Source: Eledone cirrhosa (taxonomy: Eukaryota). From it: a stretch of 64,000 nucleotides of DNA. Made by a program: the position numbers and the translations under genes. The stretch is taken from positions 5,642,001 to 5,706,000 of the forward strand of contig OZ024759.1 of assembly GCA_964016885.1 (NCBI GenBank), read 5' to 3'. The notes beneath the pieces are model-generated. The model had not been told where the DNA came from. It searched no databases and saw only the letters and a program-made list of their open reading frames with translations. This document shows positions 28,701-41,380 of this stretch, one piece after another (position 1 is the first letter of the stretch; each line of letters starts with the position of its first letter).

Positions 28701-31700
28701 AGAATTCATTTAAGTTCATGGTACTAGCTGTCAGAAGTAACTCCAATGTTGGTGAGAATTCATTTAAGTTCATGGTATTAGCTGTCAGAAGGAACTCCAC
28801 TGTTGGTGAGAATTCATTTAAGTTCATGGTATTAGCTGTCAGAAGTAACTCCACTGTTGGTGAGAATTCATTTAAGTTCATGGTACTAGCTGTCAGAAGT
28901 AACTGCAATGTTGGTGAGAATTCATTTAAGTTCATGGTACTAGCTGTCAGAAGTAACTACACTGTTGGTGAGAATTCATTTAAGTTCATGGTATTAGCTG
29001 TCAGAAGTAACTCCAATGTTGGTGAGAATTCATTTAAGTTCATGGTATTAGCTGTCAGAAGTAACTCCACTGTTGGTGAGAATTCATTTAAGTTCATGGT
29101 ATTAGCTGTCAGAAGGAACTCCACTGTTGGTGAGAATTCATTTAAGTTCATGGTATTAGCTGTCAGAAGTAACTCCACTGTTGGTGAGAATTCATTTAAG
29201 TTCATGGTACTAGCTGTCAGAAGTAACTCCAATGTTGGTGAGAATTCATTTAAGTTCATGGTATTAGCTGTCAGAAGTAACTCCACTGTTGGTGAGAATT
29301 CATTTAAGTCATGGTATTAGCCGACAGAAGTAACTCCAATGTTGGTGAGAATTCATTTAAGTTCATGGTATTAGCTGTCAGAAGTAACTCCACTGTTGGT
29401 GAGAATTCATTTAAGTTCATGGTATTAGCTGTCAGAAGTAACTCCACTGTTGGTGAGAATTCATTTAAGTTCATGGTACTAGCTGTCAGAAGGAACTCCA
29501 CTGTTGGTGAGAATTCATTTAAGTTCATGGTATTAGCTGTCAGAAGTAACTCCACTGTTGGTGAGAATTCATTTAAGTCATGGTATTAGCCGTCAGAAGT
29601 AACTCCAATGTTGGTGAGAATTCATTTAAGTTCATGGTATTAGCTGTCAGAAGGAACGCCACTGTTGGTGAGAATTCATTTAAGTTCATGGTATTAGCTG
29701 TCAGAAGTAACTCCACTGTTGGTGAGAATTCATTTAAGTTCATGGTACTAGCTGTCAGAAGGAACTCCACTGTTGGTGAGAATTCATTTAAGTTCATGGT
29801 ATTAGCTGTCAGAAGTAACTCCACTGTTGGTGAGAATTCATTTAAGTCATGGTATTAGCCGTCAGAAGTAACTCCAATGTTGGTGAGAATTCATTTAAGT
29901 TCATGGTATTAGCTGTCAGAAGGAACGCCACTGTTGGTGAGAATTCATTTAAGTTCATGGTATTAGCTGTCAGAAGTAACTCCACTGTTGGTGAGAATTC
30001 ATTTAAGTTCATGGTACTAGCTGTCAGAAGTAACTCCACTGTTGGTGAGAATTCATTTAAGTTCATGGTATTAGCTGTCAGAAGGAACTCCACTGTAGGT
30101 GAGAATTCATTTAAGTTCATGGTATTAGCTGTCAGAAGTAACTCCACTGTTGGTGAGAATTCATTTAAGTTCATGGTACTAGCTGCCAGAAGTAACTCCA
30201 ATGTTGGTGAGAATTCATTTAAGTTCATGGTATTAGCTGTCAGAAGTAACTCCACTGTTGGTGAGAATTCATTTAAGTCATGGTATTAGCCGTCAGAAGT
30301 AACTCCAATGTTGGTGAGAATTCATTTAAGTTCATGGTATTAGCTGTCAGAAGTAACTCCAATGTTGGTGAGAATTCATTTAAGTTCATGGTATTAGCTG
30401 TCAGAAGTAACTCCACTGTTGGTGAGAATTCATTTAAGTTCATGGTATTAGCTGTCAGAAGGAACGCCACTGTTGGTGAGAATTCATTTAAGTTCATGGT
30501 ATTAGCTGTCAGAAGTAACTCCACTGTTGGTGAGAATTCATTTAAGTTCATGGTACTAGCTGTCAGAAGTAACTCCACTGTTGGTGAGAATTCATTTAAG
30601 TTCATGGTATTAGCTGTCAGAAGGAACTCCACTGTTGGTGAGAATTCATTTAAGTTCATGGTATTAGCTGTCAGAAGTAACTCCACTGTTGGTGAGAATT
30701 CATTTAAGTTCACGGTACTAGCTGTCAGAAGTAACTCCAATGTTGGTGAGAATTCATTTAAGTTCATGGTATTAGCTGTCAGAAGTAACTCCACTGTTGG
30801 TGAGAATTCATTTAAGTCATGGTATTAGCCGACAGAAGTAACTCCAATGTTGGTGAGAATTCATTTAAGTTCATGGTATTAGCTGTCAGAAGTAACTCCA
30901 CTGTTGGTGAGAATTCATTTAAGTTCATGGTATTAGCTGTCAGAAGTAACTCCACTGTTGGTGAGAATTCATTTAAGTTCATGGTACTAGCTGTCAGAAG
31001 GAACTCCACTGTTGGTGAGAATTCATTTAAGTTCATGGTATTAGCTGTCAGAAGTAACTCCACTGTTGGTGAGAATTCATTTAAGTCATGGTATTAGCCG
31101 TCAGAAGTAACTCCAATGTTGGTGAGAATTCATTTAAGTTCATGGTATTAGCTGTCAGAAGGAACGCCACTGTTGGTGAGAATTCATTTAAGTTCATGGT
31201 ATTAGCTGTCAGAAGTAACTCCACTGTTGGTGAGAATTCATTTAAGTTCATGGTACTAGCTGTCAGAAGTAACTCCACTGTTGGTGAGAATTCATTTAAG
31301 TTCATGATATTAGTTTGTCAGAAGTAACTCCACTGTTGGTGAGAATTCATTTAAGTCATGGTATTAGTTGTCAGAAGTAACTCCAATGTTGGTGAGAATT
31401 CATTTAAGTTCATGGTATTAGCTGTCAGAAGTAACTCCACTGTTGGTGAGAATTCATTTAAGTTCATTGTATTAGCTGTCAGAAGGAACTCCAATGTTGG
31501 TGAGAATTCATTTAAGTCATGGTACTAGCTGTCAGAAGTAACTCCACTGTTGGTGAGAATTCATTTAAGTTCATGGTATTAGCTGTCAGAAGGAACGCCA
31601 CTGTTGATGAGAATTCATTTAAGTTCATGGTATTAGCTGTCAGAAGTAACTCCACTGTTGGTGAGAATTCATTTAAGTTCATGGTACTAGCTGTCAGAAG

Positions 31701-34700
31701 TAACTCCAATGTTGGTGAGAATTCATTTAAGTTCATGGTATTAGCTGTCAGAAGGAACTCCACTGTTGGTGAGAATTCATTTAAGTTCATGGTATTAGCT
31801 GTCAGAAGTAACTCCACTGTTGGTGAGAATTCATTTAAGTTCATGGTACTAGCTGTCAGAAGTAACTGCAATGTTGGTGAGAATTCATTTAAGTTCATGG
31901 TACTAGCTGTCAGAAGTAACTACACTGTTGGTGAGAATTCATTTAAGTTCATGGTATTAGCTGTCAGAAGTAACTCCAATGTTGGTGAGAATTCATTTAA
32001 GTTCATGGTATTAGCTGTCAGAAGTAACTCCACTGTTGGTGAGAATTCATTTAAGTTCATGGTATTAGCTGTCAGAAGGAACTCCACTGTTGGTGAGAAT
32101 TCATTTAAGTTCATGGTATTAGCTGTCAGAAGTAACTCCACTGTTGGTGAGAATTCATTTAAGTTCATGGTACTAGCTGTCAGAAGTAACTCCAATGTTG
32201 GTGAGAATTCATTTAAGTTCATGGTATTAGCTGTCAGAAGTAACTCCACTGTTGGTGAGAATTCATTTAAGTCATGGTATTAGCCGACAGAAGTAACTCC
32301 AATGTTGGTGAGAATTCATTTAAGTTCATGGTATTAGCTGTCAGAAGTAACTCCACTGTTGGTGAGAATTCATTTAAGTTCATGGTATTAGCTGTCAGAA
32401 GTAACTCCACTGTTGGTGAGAATTCATTTAAGTTCATGGTACTAGCTGTCAGAAGGAACTCCACTGTTGGTGAGAATTCATTTAAGTTCATGGTATTAGC
32501 TGTCAGAAGTAACTCCACTGTTGGTGAGAATTCATTTAAGTCATGGTATTAGCCGTCAGAAGTAACTCCAATGTTGGTGAGAATTCATTTAAGTTCATGG
32601 TATTAGCTGTCAGAAGGAACGCCACTGTTGGTGAGAATTCATTTAAGTTCATGGTATTAGCTGTCAGAAGTAACTCCACTGTTGGTGAGAATTCATTTAA
32701 GTTCATGGTACTAGCTGTCAGAAGGAACTCCACTGTTGGTGAGAATTCATTTAAGTTCATGGTATTAGCTGTCAGAAGTAACTCCACTGTTGGTGAGAAT
32801 TCATTTAAGTCATGGTATTAGCCGTCAGAAGTAACTCCAATGTTGGTGAGAATTCATTTAAGTTCATGGTATTAGCTGTCAGAAGGAACGCCACTGTTGG
32901 TGAGAATTCATTTAAGTTCATGGTATTAGCTGTCAGAAGTAACTCCACTGTTGGTGAGAATTCATTTAAGTTCATGGTACTAGCTGTCAGAAGTAACTCC
33001 ACTGTTGGTGAGAATTCATTTAAGTTCATGGTATTAGCTGTCAGAAGGAACTCCACTGTAGGTGAGAATTCATTTAAGTTCATGGTATTAGCTGTCAGAA
33101 GTAACTCCACTGTTGGTGAGAATTCATTTAAGTTCATGGTACTAGCTGCCAGAAGTAACTCCAATGTTGGTGAGAATTCATTTAAGTTCATGGTATTAGC
33201 TGTCAGAAGTAACTCCACTGTTGGTGAGAATTCATTTAAGTCATGGTATTAGCCGTCAGAAGTAACTCCAATGTTGGTGAGAATTCATTTAAGTTCATGG
33301 TATTAGCTGTCAGAAGTAACTCCACTGTTGGTGAGAATTCATTTAAGTTCATGGTACTAGCTGTCAGAAGTAACTACACTGTTGGTGAGAATTCATTTAA
33401 GTTCATGGTACTAGCTGTCAGAAGTAACTACACTGTTGGTGAGAATTCATTTAAGTCATGGTATTAGCCGTCAGAAGTAACTCCAATGTTGGTGAGAATT
33501 CATTTAAGTTCATGGTATTAGCTGTCAGAAGGAACGCCACTGTTGGTGAGAATTCATTTAAGTTCATGGTATTAGCTGTCAGAAGTAACTCCACTGTTGG
33601 TGAGAATTCATTTAAGTTCATGGTACTAGCTGTCAGAAGTAACTCCACTGTTTGTGAGAATTCATTTAAGTTCATGGTATTAGCTGTCAGAAGTAACTCC
33701 ACTGTTGGTGAGAATTCATTTAAGTTCATGGTACTAGCTGTCAGAAGTAACTCCAATGTTGGTGAGAATTCATTTAAGTTCATGGTATTAGCTGTCAGAA
33801 GTAACTCCACTGTTGGTGAGAATTCATTTAAGTCATGGTATTAGATGTCAGAAGTAACTCCAATGTTGCTGAGAATTCATTTAAGTTCATGGTATTAGCT
33901 GTCAGAAGTAACTCCACTGTTGGTGAGAATTCATTTAAGTTCATGGTATTAGCTGTCAGAAGTAACTCCACTGTTGGTGAGAATTCATTTAAGTTCATGG
34001 TACTAGCTGTCAGAAGTAACTACACTGTTGGTGAGAATTCATTTAAGTTCATGGTATTAGCTGTCAGAAGTAACTCCAATGTTGGTGAGAATTCATTTAA
34101 GTTCATGGTATTAGCTGTCAGAAGTAACTCCACTGTTGGTGAGAATTCATTTAAGTTCATGGTATTAGCTGTCAGAAGGAACGCCACTGTTGGTGAGAAT
34201 TCATTTAAGTTCATGGTATTAGCTGTCAGAAGTAACTCCACTGTTGGTGAGAATTCATTTAAGTTCATGGTACTAGCTGTCAGAAGTAACTCCACTGTTG
34301 GTGAGAATTCATTTAAGTTCATGGTATTAGCTGTCAGAAGGAACTCCACTGTTGGTGAGAATTCATTTAAGTTCATGGTATTAGCTGTCAGAAGTAACTC
34401 CACTGTTGGTGAGAATTCATTTAAGTTCATGGTACTAGCTGTCAGAAGTAACTCCAATGTTGGTGAGAATTCATTTAAGTTCATGGTATTAGCTGTCAGA
34501 AGTAACTCCACTGTTGGTGAGAATTCATTTAAGTCATGGTATTAGCCGACAGAAGTAACTCCAATGTTGGTGAGAATTCATTTAAGTTCATGGTATTAGC
34601 TGTCAGAAGTAACTCCACTGTTGGTGAGAATTCATTTAAGTTCATGGTATTAGCTGTCAGAAGTAACTCCACTGTTGGTGAGAATTCATTTAAGTTCATG

Positions 34701-37700
34701 GTACTAGCTGTCAGAAGGAACTCCACTGTTGGTGAGAATTCATTTAAGTTCATGGTATTAGCTGTCAGAAGTAACTCCACTGTTGGTGAGAATTCATTTA
34801 AGTCATGGTATTAGCCGTCAGAAGTAACTCCAATGTTGGTGAGAATTCATTTAAGTTCATGGTATTAGCTGTCAGAAGGAACGCCACTGTTGGTGAGAAT
34901 TCATTTAAGTTCATGGTATTAGCTGTCAGAAGTAACTCCACTGTTGGTGAGAATTCATTTAAGTTCATGGTACTAGCTGTCAGAAGTAACTCCACTGTTG
35001 GTGAGAATTCATTTAAGTTCATGATATTAGTTTGTCAGAAGTAACTCCACTGTTGGTGAGAATTCATTTAAGTCATGGTATTAGTTGTCAGAAGTAACTC
35101 CAATGTTGGTGAGAATTCATTTAAGTTCATGGTATTAGCTGTCAGAAGTAACTCCACTGTTGGTGAGAATTCATTTAAGTTCATTGTATTAGCTGTCAGA
35201 AGGAACTCCAATGTTGGTGAGAATTCATTTAAGTCATGGTACTAGCTGTCAGAAGTAACTCCACTGTTGGTGAGAATTCATTTAAGTTCATGGTATTAGC
35301 TGTCAGAAGGAACGCCACTGTTGATGAGAATTCATTTAAGTTCATGGTATTAGCTGTCAGAAGTAACTCCACTGTTGGTGAGAATTCATTTAAGTTCATG
35401 GTACTAGCTGTCAGAAGTAACTCCAATGTTGGTGAGAATTCATTTAAGTTCATGGTATTAGCTGTCAGAAGGAACTCCACTGTTGGTGAGAATTCATTTA
35501 AGTTCATGGTATTAGCTGTCAGAAGTAACTCCACTGTTGGTGAGAATTCATTTAAGTTCATGGTACTAGCTGTCAGAAGTAACTGCAATGTTGGTGAGAA
35601 TTCATTTAAGTTCATGGTACTAGCTGTCAGAAGTAACTACACTGTTGGTGAGAATTCATTTAAGTTCATGGTATTAGCTGTCAGAAGTAACTCCAATGTT
35701 GGTGAGAATTCATTTAAGTTCATGGTATTAGCTGTCAGAAGTAACTCCACTGTTGGTGAGAATTCATTTAAGTTCATGGTATTAGCTGTCAGAAGGAACT
35801 CCACTGTTGGTGAGAATTCATTTAAGTTCATGGTATTAGCTGTCAGAAGTAACTCCACTGTTGGTGAGAATTCATTTAAGTTCATGGTACTAGCTGTCAG
35901 AAGTAACTCCAATGTTGGTGAGAATTCATTTAAGTTCATGGTATTAGCTGTCAGAAGTAACTCCACTGTTGGTGAGAATTCATTTAAGTCATGGTATTAG
36001 CCGACAGAAGTAACTCCAATGTTGGTGAGAATTCATTTAAGTTCATGGTATTAGCTGTCAGAAGTAACTCCACTGTTGGTGAGAATTCATTTAAGTTCAT
36101 GGTATTAGCTGTCAGAAGTAACTCCACTGTTGGTGAGAATTCATTTAAGTTCATGGTACTAGCTGTCAGAAGGAACTCCACTGTTGGTGAGAATTCATTT
36201 AAGTTCATGGTATTAGCTGTCAGAAGTAACTCCACTGTTGGTGAGAATTCATTTAAGTCATGGTATTAGCCGTCAGAAGTAACTCCAATGTTGGTGAGAA
36301 TTCATTTAAGTTCATGGTATTAGCTGTCAGAAGGAACGCCACTGTTGGTGAGAATTCATTTAAGTTCATGGTATTAGCTGTCAGAAGTAACTCCACTGTT
36401 GGTGAGAATTCATTTAAGTTCATGGTACTAGCTGTCAGAAGTAACTCCACTGTTGGTGAGAATTCATTTAAGTTCATGGTATTAGCTGTCAGAAGGAACT
36501 CCACTGTTGGTGAGAATTCATTTAAGTTCATGGTATTAGCTGTCAGAAGTAACTCCACTGTTGGTGAGAATTCATTTAAGTTCATGGTACTAGCTGCCAG
36601 AAGTAACTCCAATGTTGGTGAGAATTCATTTAAGTTCATGTTATTAGCTGTCAGAAGTAACTCCACTGTTGGTGAGAATTCATTTAAGTCATGGTATTAG
36701 CCGTCAGAAGTAACTCCAATGTTGGTGAGAATTCATTTAAGTTCATGGTATTAGCTGTCAGAAGTAACTCCACTGTTGGTGAGAATTCATTTAAGTTCAT
36801 GGTACTAGCTGTCAGAAGTAACTACACTGTTGGTGAGAATTCATTTAAGTTCATGGTACTAGCTGTCAGAAGTAACTACACTGTTGGTGAGAATTCATTT
36901 AAGTCATGGTATTAGCCGTCAGAAGTAACTCCAATGTTGGTGAGAATTCATTTAAGTTCATGGTATTAGCTGTCAGAAGGAACGCCACTGTTGGTGAGAA
37001 TTCATTTAAGTTCATGGTATTAGCTGTCAGAAGTAACTCCACTGTTGGTGAGAATTCATTTAAGTTCATGGTACTAGCTGTCAGAAGTAACTCCACTGTT
37101 TGTGAGAATTCATTTAAGTTCATGGTATTAGCTGTCAGAAGTAACTCCACTGTTGGTGAGAATTCATTTAAGTTCATGGTACTAGCTGTCAGAAGTAACT
37201 CCAATGTTGGTGAGAATTCATTTAAGTTCATGGTATTAGCTGTCAGAAGTAACTCCACTGTTGGTGAGAATTCATTTAAGTCATGGTATTAGATGTCAGA
37301 AGTAACTCCAATGTTGCTGAGAATTCATTTAAGTTCATGGTATTAGCTGTCAGAAGTAACTCCACTGTTGGTGAGAATTCATTTAAGTTCATGGTATTAG
37401 CTGTCAGAAGTAACTCCACTGTTGGTGAGAATTCATTTAAGTTCATGGTACTAGCTGTCAGAAGTAACTACACTGTTGGTGAGAATTCATTTAAGTTCAT
37501 GGTATTAGCTGTCAGAAGTAACTCCAATGTTGGTGAGAATTCATTTAAGTTCATGGTATTAGCTGTCAGAAGTAACTCCACTGTTGGTGAGAATTCATTT
37601 AAGTTCATGGTATTAGCTGTCAGAAGGAACGCCACTGTTGGTGAGAATTCATTTAAGTTCATGGTATTAGCTGTCAGAAGTAACTCCACTGTTGGTGAGA

Positions 37701-37930
37701 ATTCATTTAAGTTCATGGTACTAGCTGTCAGAAGTAACTCCACTGTTGGTGAGAATTCATTTAAGTTCATGGTATTAGCTGTCAGAAGGAACTCCACTGT
37801 TGGTGAGAATTCATTTAAGTTCATGGTATTAGCTGTCAGAAGTAACTCCACTGTTGGTGAGAATTCATTTAAGTTCATGGTACTAGCTGTCAGAAGTAAC
37901 TCCAATGTTGGTGAGAATTCATTTAAGTTC
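22790..37930 (+). repeat. Higher-order repeat domain with ~3.3-3.45 kb unit (62-64 monomers)
   Basis: Offsets of 3340 (23223/26563, 23815/27155, 24516/27856) and 3448 (25108/28556, 25863/29311, 33243/36691, 33835/37283). An offset of 6680 (26563/33243, 27155/33835, 28556/35236) spans an inserted duplication. Markers are GCCACTGTTGATG, AACTGCAAT, ATGATA, GCCGAC and GCTGCC. Confidence 0.8.
27370..33290 (+). repeat. Recent tandem duplication, 2963-bp period (55 monomers)
   Basis: The private SNP ACTGTAGG occurs at 30097/33060, and TTCACGG before an AAT monomer at 27750/30713, both exactly 2963 apart. Blocks match at 27856/30819, 28125/31088, 28556/31519, 29311/32274, 29580/32543 and 29849/32812. 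Confidence 0.92.
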
Positions 37931-39429
37931 ATGGTATTAGCTGTCAGAAGTAACTCCACTGTTGGTGAGAATTCATTTAAGTTCATGGTATTAGCTGTCA
38001 GAAGTAACTCCACTATTGGTGAGAATTCATTTAAGTTCATGGTACTAGCTGTCAGAAGGAACTCCACTGTTGGTGAGAATTCATTTAAGTTCATGGTATT
38101 AGCTGTCAGAAGTAACTCCACTGTTGGTGAGAATTCATTTAAGTCATGGTATTAGCCGTCAGAAGTAACTCCAATGTTGGTGAGAATTCATTTAAGTTCA
38201 TGGTATTAGCTGTCAGAAGGAACGCCACTGTTGGTAAGAATTCATTTAAGTTCATGGTATTAGCTGTCAGAAGTAACTCCACTGTTGGTGAGAATTCATT
38301 TAAGTTCATGGTACTAGCTGTCAGAAGTAACTCCACTGTTGGTGAGAATTCATTTAAGTTCATGGTATTAGCTGTCAGAAGGAACTCCACTGTTGGTGAG
38401 AATTCATTTAAGTTCATGGTATTAGCTGTCAGAAGTAACTCCACTGTTGGTGAGAATTCATTTAAGTTCATGGTACTAGCTGCCAGAAGTAACTCCAATG
38501 TTGGTGAGAATTCATTTAAGTTCATGGTATTAGCTGTCAGAAGTAACTCCACTGTTGGTGAGAATTCATTTAAGTCATGGTATTAGCCGTCAGAAGTAAC
38601 TCCAATGTTGGTGAGAATTCATTTAAGTTCATGGTATTAGCTGTCAGAAGTAACTCCACTGTTGGTGAGAATTCATTTAAGTTCATGGTATTAGCTGTCA
38701 GAAGTAACTCCACTGTTGGTGAGAATTCATTTAAGTTCATGGTACTAGCTGTCAGAAGTAACTCCACTGTTGGTGAGAATTCATTTAAGTTCATGATATT
38801 AGTTTGTCAGAAGTAACTCCACTGTTGGTGAGAATTCATTTAAGTCATGGTATTAGTTGTCAGAAGTAACTCCAATGTTGGTGAGAATTCATTTAAGTTC
38901 ATGGTATTAGCTGTCAGAAGTAACTCCACTGTTGGTGAGAATTCATTTAAGTTCATTGTATTAGCTGTCAGAAGGAACTCCAATGTTGGTGAGAATTCAT
39001 TTAAGTCATGGTACTAGCTGTCAGAAGTAACTCCACTGTTGGTGAGAATTCATTTAAGTTCATGGTATTAGCTGTCAGAAGGAACGCCACTGTTGATGAG
39101 AATTCATTTAAGTTCATGGTATTAGCTGTCAGAAGTAACTCCACTGTTGGTGAGAATTCATTTAAGTTCATGGTACTAGCTGTCAGAAGTAACTCCAATG
39201 TTGGTGAGAATTCATTTAAGTTCATGGTATTAGCTGTCAGAAGGAACTCCACTGTTGGTGAGAATTCATTTAAGTTCATGGTATTAGCTGTCAGAAGTAA
39301 CTCCACTGTTGGTGAGAATTCATTTAAGTTCATGGTACTAGCTGTCAGAAGTAACTGCAATGTTGGTGAGAATTCATTTAAGTTCATGGTACTAGCTGTC
39401 AGAAGTAACTACACTGTTGGTGAGAATTC

Positions 39430-41380
39430 ATTTAAGTTCATGGTATTAGCTGTCAGAAGTAACTCCACTGTTGGTGAGAATTCATTTAAGTTCATGGTAC
39501 TAGCTGTCAGAAGTAACTCCAATGTTGGTGAGAATTCATTTAAGTTCATGGTATTAGCTGTCAGAAGTAACTCCACTGTTGGTGAGAATTCATTTAAGTC
39601 ATGGTATTAGCCGTCAGAAGTAACTCCAATGTTGGTGAGAATTCATTTAAGTTCATGGTATTAGCTGTCAGAAGTAACTCCACTGTTGGTGAGAATTCAT
39701 TTAAGTTCATGGTATTAGCTGTCAGAAGTAACTCCACTGTTGGTGAGAATTCATTTAAGTTCATGGTACTAGCTGTCAGAAGTAACTCCACAGTTGGTGA
39801 GAATTCATTTAAGTTCATGGTATTAGTTTGTCAGAAGTAACTCCACTGTTGGTGAGAATTCATTTAAGTTCATGGTACTAGCTGTCAGAAGTAACTCCAC
39901 TGTTGGTGAGAATTCATTTAAGTTCATGATATTAGTTTGTCAGAAGTAACTCCACTGTTGGTGAGAATTCATTTAAGTCATGGTATTAGTTGTCAGAAGT
40001 AACTCCAATGTTGGTGAGAATTCATTGAAGTTCATGGTATTAGCTGTCAGACGTAACTCCACTGTTGGTGAGAATTCATTTAAGTTCATTGTATTAGCTG
40101 TCAGAAGGAACTCCAATGTTGGTGAGAATTCATTTAAGTCATGGTACTAGCTGTCAGAAGTAACTCCACTGTTGGTGAGAATTCATTTAAGTTCATGGTA
40201 TTAGCTGTCAGAAGTAACTCCACTGTTGGTGAGAATTCATTTAAGTTCATGGTACTAGCTGTCAGAAGTAACTGCAATGTTGGTGAGAATTCATTTAAGT
40301 TCATGGTACTAGCTGTCAGAAGTAACTACACTGTTGGTGAGAATTCATTTAAGTTCATGGTATTAGCTGTCAGAAGTAACTCCAATGTTGGTGAGAATTC
40401 ATTTAAGTTCATGGTATTAGCTGTCAGAAGTAACTCCACTGTTGGTGAGAATTCATTTAAGTTCATGGTATTAGCTGTCAGAAGGAACGCCACTGTTGGT
40501 GAGAATTCATTTAAGTTCATGGTATTAGCTGTCAGAAGTAACTCCACTGTTGGTGAGAATTCATTTAAGTTCATGGTATTAGCTGTCAGAAGGAACTCCA
40601 CTGTTGGTGAGAATTCATTTAAGTTCATGGTATTAGCTGTCAGAAGTAACTCCACTGTTGGTGAGAATTCATTTAAGTTCATGGTACTAGCTGTCAGAAG
40701 TAACTCCAATGTTGGTGAGAATTCATTTGAGTTCATGGTAATAGCTGTCAGAAGTAACTCCACTGTCGGTGAGAATTCATTTAAGTCATGGTATTAGCCG
40801 TCAGAAGTAACTCCAATGTTGGTGAGAATTCATTTAAGTTCATGGTATTAGCTGTCAGAAGTAACTCCACTGTTGGTGAGAATTCATTTAAGTTCATGGT
40901 ATTAGCTGTCAGAAGTAACTCCACTGTTGGTGAGAATTCATTTAAGTTCATGGTACTAGCTGTCAGAAGTAACTCCACAGTTGGTGAGAATTCATTTAAG
41001 TTCATGGTATTAGTTTGTCAGAAGTAACTCCACTGTTGGTGAGAATTCATTTAAGTTCATGGTACTAGCTGTCAGAAGTAACTCCACTGTTGGTGAGAAT
41101 TCATTTAAGTTCATGATATTAGTTTGTCAGAAGTAACTCCACTGTTGGTGAGAATTCATTTAAGTCATGGTATTAGTTGTCAGAAGTAACTCCAATGTTG
41201 GTGAGAATTCATTTAAGTTCATGGTATTAGCTGTCAGAAGTAACTCCACTGTTGGTGAGAATTCATTTAAGTTCATTGTATTAGCTGTCAGAAGGAACTC
41301 CAATGTTGGTGAGAATTCATTTAAGTCATGGTACTAGCTGTCAGAAGTAACTCCACTGTTGGTGAGAATTCATTTAAGTT
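39430..41380 (+). repeat. Tandem duplication, 1187-bp period (22 monomers), with a related copy at ~43.9-44.4 kb
   Basis: Blocks at 39601/40788 and 40141/41328 share CCACAGTTGG, an uncompensated AGTTTG insertion, ATGATA and TTCATTG. The same run recurs at 43861-44400. Confidence 0.8.
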
